The position numbers and the translations under genes were made by a program. Shown here in pieces: positions 51,503 through 62,177 of a stretch of 64,000 bases of DNA. This DNA comes from Saccharolobus solfataricus P2 (GTDB taxonomy: Archaea > Thermoproteota > Thermoprotei_A > Sulfolobales > Sulfolobaceae): the NCBI RefSeq assembly GCF_000007005.1, contig NC_002754.1. The stretch is one strand, 5' to 3'. Below the pieces are notes generated by a model, which was given only the letters and a program-made list of their open reading frames with translations, was not told where the DNA came from and did no database searches. Position 1 is the stretch's first letter, and each line of letters starts with the position of its first letter.

Positions 51503-52164
51503 AAACTGTTACCCCTAATGTAAAATACTGTATAAAATGTGATCATCGAGAAGGAGTAAATAAAATCCTCAATTGGAATTGTAATAAATCTAATCCCTAC
51601 AATACTGTGTGACCCATATATCACTACTGGATCTGAGGTTAGGAAATAGTCAAATACTAGAAAGGGAATGTAACTTAATCCCATGAAAATCCAGAAATTT
51701 CTAGATGCTAATAAATTTCTTCCTATAAGCAGAGAAACTATAAGGCTCATAATCAGGTAAACTAGGTCTATGAAGGTATACGAATAGTTGTAAACGAACG
51801 GAAGGGTAAGTAACAACAATGGAATTGCTACACATACAACTTTTGGGACCCATTTTACTTCTTTATCCCTTACTTTACCCATGACAAAGTCAAATATTAA
51901 AAGAGTAGCAAAAGGAGTTACGAGGAAAAACATTACCTCTTCTATGGGCAAATCTATTACGTAAATTCCCGCTACGTACTTAGGATTAAAAGTCCATGAG
52001 TTTCTCCATGTAGCGAGAAAGTCCCAAAATAGATAAATTGGGGAAACGATTCCAATCGACTTCAAAAGCTTTACGTAATTTCTCTTAATTAAAAACGAAA
52101 GAATCAGAGTTGGAAAGAAAATCATTGAGTCTATCATCAAATAATCGGGTTTAAAGATCTCCAT
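51484..52164 (-). CDS. crtY: Lycopene cyclase (archaeal membrane type, duplicated CrtYc/d domains)
   Basis: Two repeats of WDF/FDY...PIEE/PIEDF; coupled to crtB. Confidence 0.88.
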
Positions 52165-52970
52165 AGATAGACGCCAGCGAAATTCTTTATTACAGTTATC
52201 ACTATTTTCGTCCTTCTAGGCTTTACCTTTTTTGATAATACGATACACGGAGACTTCTTTATCCTCAACGCAGACCACTTATACATTTCTGAAGCAGTCT
52301 TTATGGGAACTAAGTATCTAGCTGGTATGAACTTAAACCCCTTTTCTGCCTCCCTTTCAAATTCAAAGTAACGGCTAATTTCGTATCTTATGAATTCTAT
52401 AAAACCTTCATTACACTCCATCTTGTCAATTCCAAATTTCTCCATATCTTCAACGGGTAAGTATTGTCTGCCTAAATACAGGTCCTCTTGGACGTCTCTG
52501 ATGAAATTTAAAAACTGCATTGCTCTTCCAAGCATTCTGGCATAGTACATTGAGTCATTATGTAAATCTAGAATCTTCATCATGAATAGACCAACTACTT
52601 CAGCAGAACCATACATGTACTTCAAAAGTTCCTCAATACTGTAATACACTTTCTTATATATGTCACTTTCCATTGCATCTAGAAAAGCATCTATCCAACT
52701 GTCCTCAAATCCTTTTCTCCTAGCTAGCTCAACGAAATTTTGCAATACAATATTTCCAGTATTATAACCACTCTTCTCTAATTGATAGAGCTTTCGCAAG
52801 TTATAATATTCCTCTATTTTCTGTGGAACAGAATCGACAAGATCGTCAAATACCCTTACAAAGGCGTAAAGTTTAGTTACATCTTCCCTAATCTTTTTTG
52901 GAAAGAAATAAGAGCTATTATAATATGTAACGCTTCCCTTCTTAAAGATCTCTTCAAGTTTTTCAATCAT
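52137..52970 (-). CDS. crtB: Phytoene synthase
   Basis: [37 protein letters not shown]. Confidence 0.93.
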   Translation of the reverse strand: MIEKLEEIFKKGSVTYYNSSYFFPKKIREDVTKLYAFVRVFDDLVDSVPQKIEEYYNLRKLYQLEKSGYNTGNIVLQNFVELARRKGFEDSWIDAFLDAMESDIYKKVYYSIEELLKYMYGSAEVVGLFMMKILDLHNDSMYYARMLGRAMQFLNFIRDVQEDLYLGRQYLPVEDMEKFGIDKMECNEGFIEFIRYEISRYFEFEREAEKGFKFIPARYLVPIKTASEMYKWSALRIKKSPCIVLSKKVKPRRTKIVITVIKNFAGVYLWRSLNPII

Positions 52971-53100
52971 TTACTCTCAAGCTTAAAACCCGTTAAAGTA
53001 GCTAAATCTTTGTATTAGACAAGTCTTAATATGACTATTTATTAGAATGTAAAAAACACTCTTACATATATTTATATCCCAAAGGATTAAGTAAGCTAAC

Positions 53101-53556
53101 ATGATGCTCATATACTATGTGGGGATGGCGGTACTAACGTTTGTAGGCATGGAATTCGTAGCCAGATTAATGCATAAATACGTTATGCATGGTTTACTCT
53201 GGTTTATCCATGAGGATCATCATAAGGAAAAACAAGCTGAGCTCGAAAAAAATGACCTATTTGGTTTAGTGTTTGCCAGTGTGTCGGTTTACCTTTTCTT
53301 TTTAGGCATACAAGGAAGTTATGTAGCTTTAAGCATAGCTATTGGTATGAGTAGTTATGGAATAGCTTATTTCTTCATTCATGATATGGTGATCCACGAT
53401 AGACATTTACATTTAAGATCTTGGGGTTTAAAGCATAGACCTTTCAAGGATTTGATACTGGTTCACGACATTCATCACAAGGAAGGAAAGGGCAATTGGG
53501 GATTTTTGTTCGTTATAAAGGGTTTAGATAAGGTTCCGATTTTGAAGGATGAATAG
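53101..53556 (+). CDS. crtZ: Beta-carotene hydroxylase
   Basis: [25 protein letters not shown] histidine boxes. Confidence 0.93.
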   Translation: MMLIYYVGMAVLTFVGMEFVARLMHKYVMHGLLWFIHEDHHKEKQAELEKNDLFGLVFASVSVYLFFLGIQGSYVALSIAIGMSSYGIAYFFIHDMVIHDRHLHLRSWGLKHRPFKDLILVHDIHHKEGKGNWGFLFVIKGLDKVPILKDE

Positions 53557-53558
53557 TG

Positions 53559-54920
53559 ATGAAGGCAGTAGTAGTAGGTGCTGGGTTAGGAGGAATTTCA
53601 ACAGCTATATTGCTAAAGAAGTTTTTTGATGAAGTTGTAGTACTGGAAAAGAATACAACTCCAGGCGGGAGAGCTAGGTATTTTTCAGTAGGTGAATTTA
53701 GATTTGATATGGGTCCTTCATGGTATTTAATGCCAGAAATTTTTGAGGAATTTTTCTCTGAGGCAGGAGAAAATCCTCATCCAATAATTAGAGTTAACCC
53801 TCCAGTTAAGGTAATGGAAAGCAAGTTTCTCAAAAAAGAATATAGGGAATTCACTGGAGATAACGTAGATGATAGGTACTTAAATAAGACAAGGTTATTT
53901 TATGATTTTTCTAAGAAGTTCATAAAAAAGGAGATGGTTTTCTCAGATTTTCTTGATAAGGAAGTATTAGTTAACATATCGGCATTATTTGACACTCTAG
54001 ATAATTTCAATGCCAGATATTTTAGGGACAGTTTGATGAGAAAAGCTATGGGTTTTTCATCAGTATTTATAGGTGGTTCCCCATTCAGGGTACCAGCAGT
54101 TTATGCTATGATAAACTACGCTATTTACGGTCAAGGAGTTTTCTATCCTTATAAGGGTTTTGAAGGCTACGTAAAGAGATTATATGAAATAGCTAGAAAA
54201 AAGGGAGTAGAATTCAAGTTCGATTTCCCAGTTAATAAGGTTAAAATAGATGAAGGTAAAGTGGTAGAAGTATCGTCAAATATTAAGAGAGAGATGGGAG
54301 ATGTATTCGTCTTCAACATGGATTACTTTTACGCCGATAGTTTACTACCAGAGGAATATAAGGTTATAAGTGGTAGGAGGTACAAGTTATCTCCATCAGC
54401 TATTTTAGCCTATATTGGATTAGAGGATACTCTGGATTTACCTCACCATACTGTAATAATTAATGGTGACTGGAGGGAGCACTTCACATCCATAGATAGG
54501 AATTCATTGCCTAGTGTAGAAAATACTTCTTATTACGTGAGTTACAGAGGAGCGACCAATAAAGAGACAAGGGATCTAGTTATACTAATACCCGTAGGTA
54601 CAGGTACTGAAATTAGTAAAGAGCTTATAGACGGGGTAATTAGGGATTTAGAAGTTAAGATAGGATGTAAGATTAAGGCTAGTTATATTAGAATTTATGG
54701 GCCTGATGATTTTAAAAGAGATTATAATGCATATGAGGGAACGGCATTTGGCTTAGCTCATACTCTAGATCAGACTGGGCCCTTTAGGCTTCCAATGAAG
54801 AATACTAGATTAAAGAACCTATATTATGTTGGGCAATACACTCAGCCTGGAATAGGAGTACCAATGGTAACGCTTTCATCCATGATAGTCAGTAAGAAAA
54901 TATCGAAGGAATTTTTATGA
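53559..54920 (+). CDS. crtI: Phytoene desaturase
   Basis: [27 protein letters not shown]. Confidence 0.9.
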   Translation: MKAVVVGAGLGGISTAILLKKFFDEVVVLEKNTTPGGRARYFSVGEFRFDMGPSWYLMPEIFEEFFSEAGENPHPIIRVNPPVKVMESKFLKKEYREFTGDNVDDRYLNKTRLFYDFSKKFIKKEMVFSDFLDKEVLVNISALFDTLDNFNARYFRDSLMRKAMGFSSVFIGGSPFRVPAVYAMINYAIYGQGVFYPYKGFEGYVKRLYEIARKKGVEFKFDFPVNKVKIDEGKVVEVSSNIKREMGDVFVFNMDYFYADSLLPEEYKVISGRRYKLSPSAILAYIGLEDTLDLPHHTVIINGDWREHFTSIDRNSLPSVENTSYYVSYRGATNKETRDLVILIPVGTGTEISKELIDGVIRDLEVKIGCKIKASYIRIYGPDDFKRDYNAYEGTAFGLAHTLDQTGPFRLPMKNTRLKNLYYVGQYTQPGIGVPMVTLSSMIVSKKISKEFL

Positions 54921-55248
54921 TCCTACACTCTTCCCTAAATCATTTCCATATGTAAATCCTTCTACGGCTTTCGAATGACTTCCCTATGGGAAACATGTAT
55001 ATAACGCCCAGCATTCTAGATATATACCTAAATTAGACGAATCGTCTAATTAGGTTACTTGTAACGAGTTACTTTACAGTATTTAAACCGTTGATTACAA
55101 AAAGCCTAACAAATATACATATAATAATATAGTAATGAATTATACCATTTACAAGGTACATGTAGTTAAAATAAGTACCCTATGTGTAATATTCATATAT
55201 TTTCCCCAATTAAATCCAAATGTTCTCATTGTATTCCAAATAAATGCA

Positions 55249-55944
55249 TTATCTAAATTTCCATAGAATTTCTCTCAATCTCACAACGTTTCCTAAAACC
55301 AACAAAGAAGGAGTAGCTAAATTATTACCAACTTCAGCTAGTTTCTCCAATTTGTTGACGTGTACCTTCTGATCCAGATAAGTCCCTCTTTCTATAACTG
55401 CTACGTCTTCTGAAGGATCTCTCTTAGCCATCAACCATTTACTCACCTCCTCTAATCTCCTGCCTCCCATTAAAACTACTAGAGTACCATAATCTGGAAT
55501 TTTTTGAAAGTTAAAGAGCTTCCCACCTTGTGAAACTGCACTTACGATTGTTACCATATCGGAGACTCCGTTGAAAGTGAGTGGTATCCCAGCATACGCA
55601 GGGACTGAGTTAACTGACGAAACTCCGGGTATTACCTCACACTCTATACCGTCTTTAATTAACTCTTGACAAATTTTCCCTCCCCTTCCAAATATGTAGG
55701 GATCTCCGTTTTTTAGCCTAATCACAAGCTTATCTTCCAAAGCGTACTTTCTCAATAAATCAACTTCAATATCATCATTACTGAGGAATATTACAAAACT
55801 CGACGGCTTAGCGTAATTAATGAGTTCTCTGGACACTAACTTATCGTAGACTATTACATCAGCCATTTGTAAATATTTAATACCCTTTAACGTTATTAGT
55901 TCAGGATCACCAGGACCAGCACCTACTAAAACTACCTTACCCAT
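55249..55944 (-). CDS. cobA: Uroporphyrinogen-III C-methyltransferase (SUMT)
   Basis: GAGPGDPELITLKG, LKNGDPYIFGRGG, PGVSS. Confidence 0.92.
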   Translation of the reverse strand: MGKVVLVGAGPGDPELITLKGIKYLQMADVIVYDKLVSRELINYAKPSSFVIFLSNDDIEVDLLRKYALEDKLVIRLKNGDPYIFGRGGKICQELIKDGIECEVIPGVSSVNSVPAYAGIPLTFNGVSDMVTIVSAVSQGGKLFNFQKIPDYGTLVVLMGGRRLEEVSKWLMAKRDPSEDVAVIERGTYLDQKVHVNKLEKLAEVGNNLATPSLLVLGNVVRLREILWKFR

Positions 55945-57829
55945 ATCTACTCACCTCCTCTAAACGTTTTCTTAGCAGATCGTGATACTCCCTATAGCCC
56001 TCAATCTTTCTATCAAACTTGTGAGGTTTCATGAGGTCTTTAGTCTTTTCGTGACCCTTCAACCACTCAATTATCTTCTTATTACCCAGCAACCTAAATA
56101 CTAGACTAGGATCTTCACTTATATCCTTATTCTTTTCGTATAGTTCAAATAACGCTTCAGTTACATCAGCTAGTCTATTGGACGGAACTTGATATAGGTA
56201 AATAGAATTCTCGTCCCAGTCAATTAGTGGTTCTCCTAAACTTCCATTTCCTCCACCTATCTTTAACATGTAAAGCTCATATCCACTACCTACCCAACTA
56301 ATGGGATGAAGGGCTGGTCTTGAACACTGAGCTACACAACCTGACAGTCCTATTGAAACTGGAATGTCTTTCCACCCTCTTCTCTCTAACTCGTCAATTA
56401 GACTTGGAAGGAATCTTTCAGAATCAGTGAAGGACAATTTACATGTTGGAAATCCTACGCACGCCGTTGAGTTAATCCTTAAACTGGAATATGGCTTTCC
56501 GTCTCTGAATCCGTAGTTGAACTCCCTAAGTATCCCATCGATTTTCTCCTTCTGCGGCTGGTCTATTTCAGTAATTAATAGATGTTGATTTGGAGTTATG
56601 TAAAACATTAAATTATCGAAATTATCTGCAATATATCTGATCATACTTTTTGTCCTACCGTTTTTGCCGTCTATTAGCCTACCGTTTTCAACGAAAATAC
56701 CATAAGCCCACTTATTATCGCCTAAATTTATCCAACCCAAATGTAAGTCCTTGTGGGTGAGATCTACTTTAACTATTTTGCCTAATTGTATCCCAGAGTG
56801 TTCCCTTACTTTTTCCCTTAACCACTCCAATCCCATCTTATATACAACGTACTTGAATCTAGCCCAATGCCTGTTCTTCCTATCTCCCCACTCCTCTTGT
56901 ATTGTCACAATAGCATCTAACACCTTTATTAATTCGCTATCGTTTACTACAGTACCAATCGGAAGTCCAAGAGCCGAAAAAGTTGGATAAGAATTGTTCT
57001 CACCCATTGATCCACCAACGTATATTTGATAACCTATTACCTTTTCATCCTCTATTAAAGGGACTATGCCTATATCGTTGGATTGAACTTCAACGCAATT
57101 ATCAATTATATACTTTCCGTTAATTGTTCTCAATACCCCCGCTATGGCGATCTTAAACTTTCTCGGTAAAAGATTTTCACCATATTTGAAAGATTCTCTA
57201 TCAAATTGTCTATTTTCTATCAGAGGTATTTCAAAGACTTGAAGATATAAATCCAAAGGTAATCTAAAGTAGTTAGCAATTTTTCTAGCTAATGAATTCG
57301 CGTCGAAAACCCAATACTTGGAAAGTGGGCAAGCTATCGTATTCCTTACATTATCTCCACAACCGTTTACAGTGAGAAAACCAGATTCAGCGACCTCTCT
57401 TATAAGGTTAGGTAAATCCCTTTTCTTTACGTGGTGAAATTGAATAGCTTGTCTCGTAGTCAGTTTTAGAGATGGTGAGGGATATCCAGTATAAGCATCC
57501 GATATCGTATATTTGTTGGAAATATCGTCTAAAATTCTCCATTGTTTAGAGCTTATTGGACCTCCTCCGGGAATCGGTAGCCTTACCATGTATATCCAAT
57601 CTTTGACTCCATTTAATTTCATCTTATCTCTATTGAATTCAATGTATATCCCGAAACTTTTAGCTATCAAGGACACTTCCTTCTCGAGATCTTCTCTAGA
57701 TAAGTCGTGGAATGACGAATATATTCCTATTGTATCCTCAGTTAATCCTTTAGTTTTCAGCTTTGCTCTCTCTTCCTCACTGTAATCTTTAGGATCTGTT
57801 CTAAAATTGGGCTCTATGGGAATCTTCAC
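55937..57829 (-). CDS. sir: Siroheme/[4Fe-4S] sulfite reductase (ferredoxin-type)
   Basis: TTRQAIQFH, CGDNVRN, LPRKFKIA, CVGFPTC and GCVAQC ligand motifs. Confidence 0.9.
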   Translation of the reverse strand: MKIPIEPNFRTDPKDYSEEERAKLKTKGLTEDTIGIYSSFHDLSREDLEKEVSLIAKSFGIYIEFNRDKMKLNGVKDWIYMVRLPIPGGGPISSKQWRILDDISNKYTISDAYTGYPSPSLKLTTRQAIQFHHVKKRDLPNLIREVAESGFLTVNGCGDNVRNTIACPLSKYWVFDANSLARKIANYFRLPLDLYLQVFEIPLIENRQFDRESFKYGENLLPRKFKIAIAGVLRTINGKYIIDNCVEVQSNDIGIVPLIEDEKVIGYQIYVGGSMGENNSYPTFSALGLPIGTVVNDSELIKVLDAIVTIQEEWGDRKNRHWARFKYVVYKMGLEWLREKVREHSGIQLGKIVKVDLTHKDLHLGWINLGDNKWAYGIFVENGRLIDGKNGRTKSMIRYIADNFDNLMFYITPNQHLLITEIDQPQKEKIDGILREFNYGFRDGKPYSSLRINSTACVGFPTCKLSFTDSERFLPSLIDELERRGWKDIPVSIGLSGCVAQCSRPALHPISWVGSGYELYMLKIGGGNGSLGEPLIDWDENSIYLYQVPSNRLADVTEALFELYEKNKDISEDPSLVFRLLGNKKIIEWLKGHEKTKDLMKPHKFDRKIEGYREYHDLLRKRLEEVSRYG

Positions 57830-58545
57830 TTCACCTCTCTATAATGAAGCCCACATTCCTTGTCACTATTCTGCTCCCACCACCATCTACCAGCTCTTGG
57901 ATGCTCCCAAGGTTTAACTGGTCTAGTACATGGTACACATCCTATACTCTTATACCCTTTATCGTAGAGCTTATTATAAGGAACATTATTTTTATTTATA
58001 TATTCCCATACCTGTTCCCATGTCCAGTCAGCCAACGGATTTAACTTAATAATCCCTCCATTGACTTCGTCTATTTCTATTTTCCTTATCCTCCCTCTAG
58101 TGAAATTTTGTTCTCTCCTTAGCCCAGTTATCCAAGCTTCCATTCCATCCAACGCTCTCTTTAGGGGTCTAACTTTCCTCACTTCACAGCACGCCTTTCT
58201 AAGTTCAACACTTTTGTAAAATAAGTTGATTCCATACTTATTAACTAGATCTTCTACCTCTTTATAGTCTGGAAAATATATCCTTAAGTCTATGTTATAC
58301 TTTTTCACTATTTCCTCTATTAAGTCATAACTTTCTTGGTGGAGTCTACCAGTATCTATTATAAAGACTCTTGGTTTTTCAGTAACCTTACTTAACATAT
58401 CTAGTATTACCAAATCTTCAGCCTGAAGACTACAAGCTAAGGCGATTTTAGGGTAAAATTTCTCTATTCCCCATTTCAGCACTTCTAGGGGTTCCTTATC
58501 TTCGAACAATTTATTTAGGGAGTCTAACTCATCTTTGCTAAGCAT
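57826..58545 (-). CDS. cysH: Adenylylsulfate (APS/PAPS) reductase, Fe-S-type signature
   Basis: IDTG, ACCEVRK, SIGCVPCT, ECGLH. Confidence 0.92.
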   Translation of the reverse strand: MLSKDELDSLNKLFEDKEPLEVLKWGIEKFYPKIALACSLQAEDLVILDMLSKVTEKPRVFIIDTGRLHQESYDLIEEIVKKYNIDLRIYFPDYKEVEDLVNKYGINLFYKSVELRKACCEVRKVRPLKRALDGMEAWITGLRREQNFTRGRIRKIEIDEVNGGIIKLNPLADWTWEQVWEYINKNNVPYNKLYDKGYKSIGCVPCTRPVKPWEHPRAGRWWWEQNSDKECGLHYREVK

Positions 58546-58586
58546 CAGAATAATTGAGTAAGGATTAATACTTTAGTGTTTCGATA

Positions 58587-58620
58587 TGTGCAAAATTTGC
58601 ACAAATAGCTAAATATATAA
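58587..58620. promoter_or_regulatory. 17-bp palindrome TGTGCAAA-A-TTTGCACA plus sat TATA box TATATAA (58614-58620)
   Basis: Perfect 8-bp arms centred in the 100-bp cysH/sat divergent gap. Confidence 0.65.
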
Positions 58621-58645
58621 GCTTACCCTTGACAAGATTAAGACT

Positions 58646-59866
58646 GTGAATCTCATAGGACATGGCAAGGTTGAGATAGTTGAGAGAATAAAAACGATTT
58701 CAGACTTTAAAGAGTTACATAGAATTGAAGTCAAGAGACAGTTAGCACATGAGATAGTGAGCATAGCTTACGGTTTCTTATCTCCATTAAAGGGTTTCAT
58801 GAACTATGAGGAAGTTGACGGTGTGGTGGAAAACATGAGATTGCCAAATGGCGTGTTATGGCCAATACCATTAGTGTTCGATTATAGTCAAAATGAAAAG
58901 GTCAAGGAGGGAGATACTATAGGAATAACTTATTTAGGAAAGCCGTTGGCAATTATGAAGGTAAAGGAAATCTTCAAATACGATAAGCTGAAAATAGCAG
59001 AGAAGGTCTACAAGACTAAAGATATTAAGCACCCTGGAGTGAAAAGAACGTTGAGCTATGCAGATGCTTTCTTAGCAGGGGATGTTTGGCTAGTTAGGGA
59101 ACCACAGTTTAATAAACCATATTCGGAATTCTGGTTAACTCCCAGAATGCACAGAACCGTCTTTGAGAAAAAGGGTTGGAAAAGAGTGGTTGCATTTCAA
59201 ACTAGGAATGTTCCACATACTGGTCACGAATACTTAATGAAGTTCGCTTGGTTTGCAGCAAATGAGAACCAAAAGGTAGATGAACCTAGAACAGGTATTC
59301 TAGTTAACGTTGTCATTGGGGAGAAGAGAGTAGGTGATTATATAGATGAGGCAATTCTTTTGACTCATGATGCGTTATCTAAATACGGTTACATAAGTCC
59401 GAAAGTACACTTACTTTCATTTACTTTATGGGATATGAGGTATGCTGGACCTAGAGAGGCTCTGCTTCACGCTATAATTAGGAGCAATTTAGGATGTACT
59501 CACCACGTTTTTGGTAGGGACCATGCGGGGGTTGGGAATTACTATTCACCCTATGAGGCGCATGAAATATTTGACAGCATTAATGAAGAGGACTTACTGA
59601 TAAAGCCGATATTTTTAAGGGAAAACTACTATTGCCCCAGATGTGGCAGTATAGAAAACGAAATACTCTGTGACCACAAAGATGAGAAGCAAGAGTTCAG
59701 TGGTAGCTTGATAAGGAGTATAATATTAGATGAGGTAAAGCCAACTAAAATGGTAATGAGACCAGAAGTATATGATGTTTTAATGAAGGCAGCCGAGCAA
59801 TATGGGTTTGGGAGTCCCTTTGTGACCGAGGAATACTTGGAGAAGAGGCAGAGTATATTGGGGTGA
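58646..59866 (+). CDS. sat: Sulfate adenylyltransferase
   Basis: FLSPLKGFM, WPIP, FQTRNVPHTGHE, VFGRDHAGVG. Confidence 0.95.
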   Translation: MNLIGHGKVEIVERIKTISDFKELHRIEVKRQLAHEIVSIAYGFLSPLKGFMNYEEVDGVVENMRLPNGVLWPIPLVFDYSQNEKVKEGDTIGITYLGKPLAIMKVKEIFKYDKLKIAEKVYKTKDIKHPGVKRTLSYADAFLAGDVWLVREPQFNKPYSEFWLTPRMHRTVFEKKGWKRVVAFQTRNVPHTGHEYLMKFAWFAANENQKVDEPRTGILVNVVIGEKRVGDYIDEAILLTHDALSKYGYISPKVHLLSFTLWDMRYAGPREALLHAIIRSNLGCTHHVFGRDHAGVGNYYSPYEAHEIFDSINEEDLLIKPIFLRENYYCPRCGSIENEILCDHKDEKQEFSGSLIRSIILDEVKPTKMVMRPEVYDVLMKAAEQYGFGSPFVTEEYLEKRQSILG

Positions 59867-60172
59867 ATGGAAGTGAAAATCTACATTTGGCTAAATGAGG
59901 AGTTGAGTAGAAAGTTCGAGGAGTTAGGATTAAAGCACGCTAAGGAAGTATTGGGAGGAATGAAACGTATAGAAATAGATGTTGAACAAGAAATGGTGGA
60001 GGAGATAATTAAGCTGTTTCCCAACGCTAAAGTTGACTCATCAACTACAAAATCCATTGAACTTTTGCCGAAGAGTTTCAAGAACGAAATATTAAAGATA
60101 ATTATTGAGAAGAAATTGGAACCAAGGGAAGCCTTAAGGGAGGCAATAAAAAAGTTTAAAGGGGATATTTGA
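59867..60172 (+). CDS. Conserved hypothetical protein, 101 aa, possibly ribbon-helix-helix-like
   Basis: Abuts the sat stop; N-terminal VKIYIWLNEELSRKFEEL and C-terminal PREALREAIKKF. Confidence 0.7.
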   Translation: MEVKIYIWLNEELSRKFEELGLKHAKEVLGGMKRIEIDVEQEMVEEIIKLFPNAKVDSSTTKSIELLPKSFKNEILKIIIEKKLEPREALREAIKKFKGDI

Positions 60173-61023
60173 TGTTAGATTTAATTTATCTGTCAGTAAT
60201 TATCTTCATTGCTTCTATACCTACTGGTGCATTTGCATACGGATTTTCATCCACAGCAACACCGTTACTTCTCATAAGGTATACTAACAAGCAGATCTCC
60301 CCAATATTGAACTTTATAGAGATGTTTCAAAATTTAACGAATGTTATTTTAAATTTTAAAAATTACAGTATAAGATCTTTGGTATTCACAATTTTCGGGA
60401 CTCCCGGTGTACTTATAGGTTCTATAGTAGGGGCATATATCCTAAAAATTTCGGCAAATGAAACCCTCTTTAAGGTTATAGTTTACAGTATATTAATACC
60501 ACTAATCTTATTGCAAGCTGCTGGTTTTAGAAAAGAGATAGGTTTGGAGAAGTGGAAAAAAATAGGATATTTAGTAACCTTTCCAGTAGGTGTCTTGTAT
60601 GGCGTAACAACAATAAGTGGACCACCTTTAGCACTCATAATAAATAATCAAGGGTTAACAAAACAAGAATTTAAGTTCGCTATAGCGGTACTTAGAACAG
60701 TAGAAAGCGTTTCAACTTTTGGCGCCTACCTTACTTTAGGAATCTTTAACCCACAAGTAATCTATTACGCTACCGTCACCTCACCTGCTGTAATAGCTGG
60801 CATGCTAATAGGAATATTCATGGGCAATGTAATAAAACATAAGGAGGATTTCAGAAGGCTTGTCATGAGTTTTGATAGTTGGATTAGTGGATATGGACTT
60901 TCGTTCAACTTAGCTAAGGTTGTGGATTATGGAGTATGGTATTGGCCCATGACTGCAATAATTGCAATTGACTTGTATCTTTTGTTAAGGTATATTAAGG
61001 GTAGGAGAAGGCTGTTAAAATAG
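60169..61023 (+). CDS. TauE/SafE-family sulfite exporter
   Basis: GAFAYGFS, GSIVG, GVTTISGPP; eight-TM pattern. Confidence 0.85.
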   Translation: MMLDLIYLSVIIFIASIPTGAFAYGFSSTATPLLLIRYTNKQISPILNFIEMFQNLTNVILNFKNYSIRSLVFTIFGTPGVLIGSIVGAYILKISANETLFKVIVYSILIPLILLQAAGFRKEIGLEKWKKIGYLVTFPVGVLYGVTTISGPPLALIINNQGLTKQEFKFAIAVLRTVESVSTFGAYLTLGIFNPQVIYYATVTSPAVIAGMLIGIFMGNVIKHKEDFRRLVMSFDSWISGYGLSFNLAKVVDYGVWYWPMTAIIAIDLYLLLRYIKGRRRLLK

Positions 61024-61071
61024 GCTGGTTAATAATTTGATTTTATAAACCCTAAAACTAAATTAAAAGAT

Positions 61072-61263
61072 ATGGAAAAACCGGATTTTGAGGAATTATT
61101 GTACATAGTCTCGGGAGTTATCTTTTTAGCCTCCCTAGGCATTGGATTAGAGGTGATAGGAGATTACATAATAGGGGATATAATGCTATTTCTATCAATT
61201 CTATGGGCACTAAGCATATTTCTCTTCATGAGATATGTGGAAAGAAAAGATAGTCAAGAATAG
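61072..61263 (+). CDS. Small two-TM hypothetical protein
   Basis: ATG with upstream TTTTATAAA; hydrophobic hairpin. Confidence 0.55.
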   Translation: MEKPDFEELLYIVSGVIFLASLGIGLEVIGDYIIGDIMLFLSILWALSIFLFMRYVERKDSQE

Positions 61264-61267
61264 AAAA

Positions 61268-62143
61268 TTAGCTTGTAATTGAAAAGACTGCAATAGAGAG
61301 AAATAGTAGAAACAGAGAAAGTGCTGAAAACAGTACAGATATTGAAATCTCGTATAAGATGGGTAAAGCGATAAAGCGTACCCTTACGATATTGAGCGTA
61401 GCGGTTGAGAGAACCGCTTGAGGAAATATTACTGACCATAGAGATGGATGAAATTGTCTAATTGAAATCTCAATAGAAATTAATTTGATTAGACTAGCTA
61501 GTATTACCAGAGGTAAGAATATCAGAGCTAAATACCAAAAAACTAAACTCACTACTTTAGAAAAAGGGCTAATAGCAAAAGATATCAAAGCGGGTAATCC
61601 CATTTGAATCCATATGGAACCATCTATGAGCTTGATTACGTTCTTCTCCTTCAATATCCTCTTCAATAGGAGGGAAGTTACCATGAGGTACATTACAATA
61701 CCGATGCACACGAATATAAAAGATAAGATAGGCAAGTAACTACGTAATTCGATTGAGAGAAGTGTGATTGCAACTCCAAGTAAGTGGTACTTAAACGAAA
61801 CTTGTTTTAGAGATCTGAGGACCCTATATGCTATTATTAGGTAAAAGATCGATAGTATTACCAAGGGGATAAAATAAAAGAGGGAAGAATAGAGCAATCT
61901 CAACCTTGCGATAAATAAGGTAAGTCCAGAGATAACAGCCATAATGTCAACCATTTCGTATTTCATTCGGTTTAAATTGAGAATTGAAAAGAAGGTTAAG
62001 AGAGATAGTAACGCTATTGATATTCCAAAGGATGATAACGATAGAGAAGTTAATCTATCATAATATGACGCTATTGATATTCCAGCGATCCCCATAAGCA
62101 TTGTAAAGGAAATTGGTTGTCCAAAAATATCATCTAGCGACAT
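61268..62143 (-). CDS. TDT/SLAC1-family (SSU1/TehA-like) anion exporter; likely start MSLDD at 62143
   Basis: FTMLMGIAG and FHPSLWSVIFP motifs. The longer track ORF starts inside the IS end. Confidence 0.78.
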   Translation of the reverse strand: MSLDDIFGQPISFTMLMGIAGISIASYYDRLTSLSLSSFGISIALLSLLTFFSILNLNRMKYEMVDIMAVISGLTLFIARLRLLYSSLFYFIPLVILSIFYLIIAYRVLRSLKQVSFKYHLLGVAITLLSIELRSYLPILSFIFVCIGIVMYLMVTSLLLKRILKEKNVIKLIDGSIWIQMGLPALISFAISPFSKVVSLVFWYLALIFLPLVILASLIKLISIEISIRQFHPSLWSVIFPQAVLSTATLNIVRVRFIALPILYEISISVLFSALSLFLLFLSIAVFSITS

Positions 62144-62177
62144 ATTATTAGATAATAAAAGCTTTATCTTATACTTT

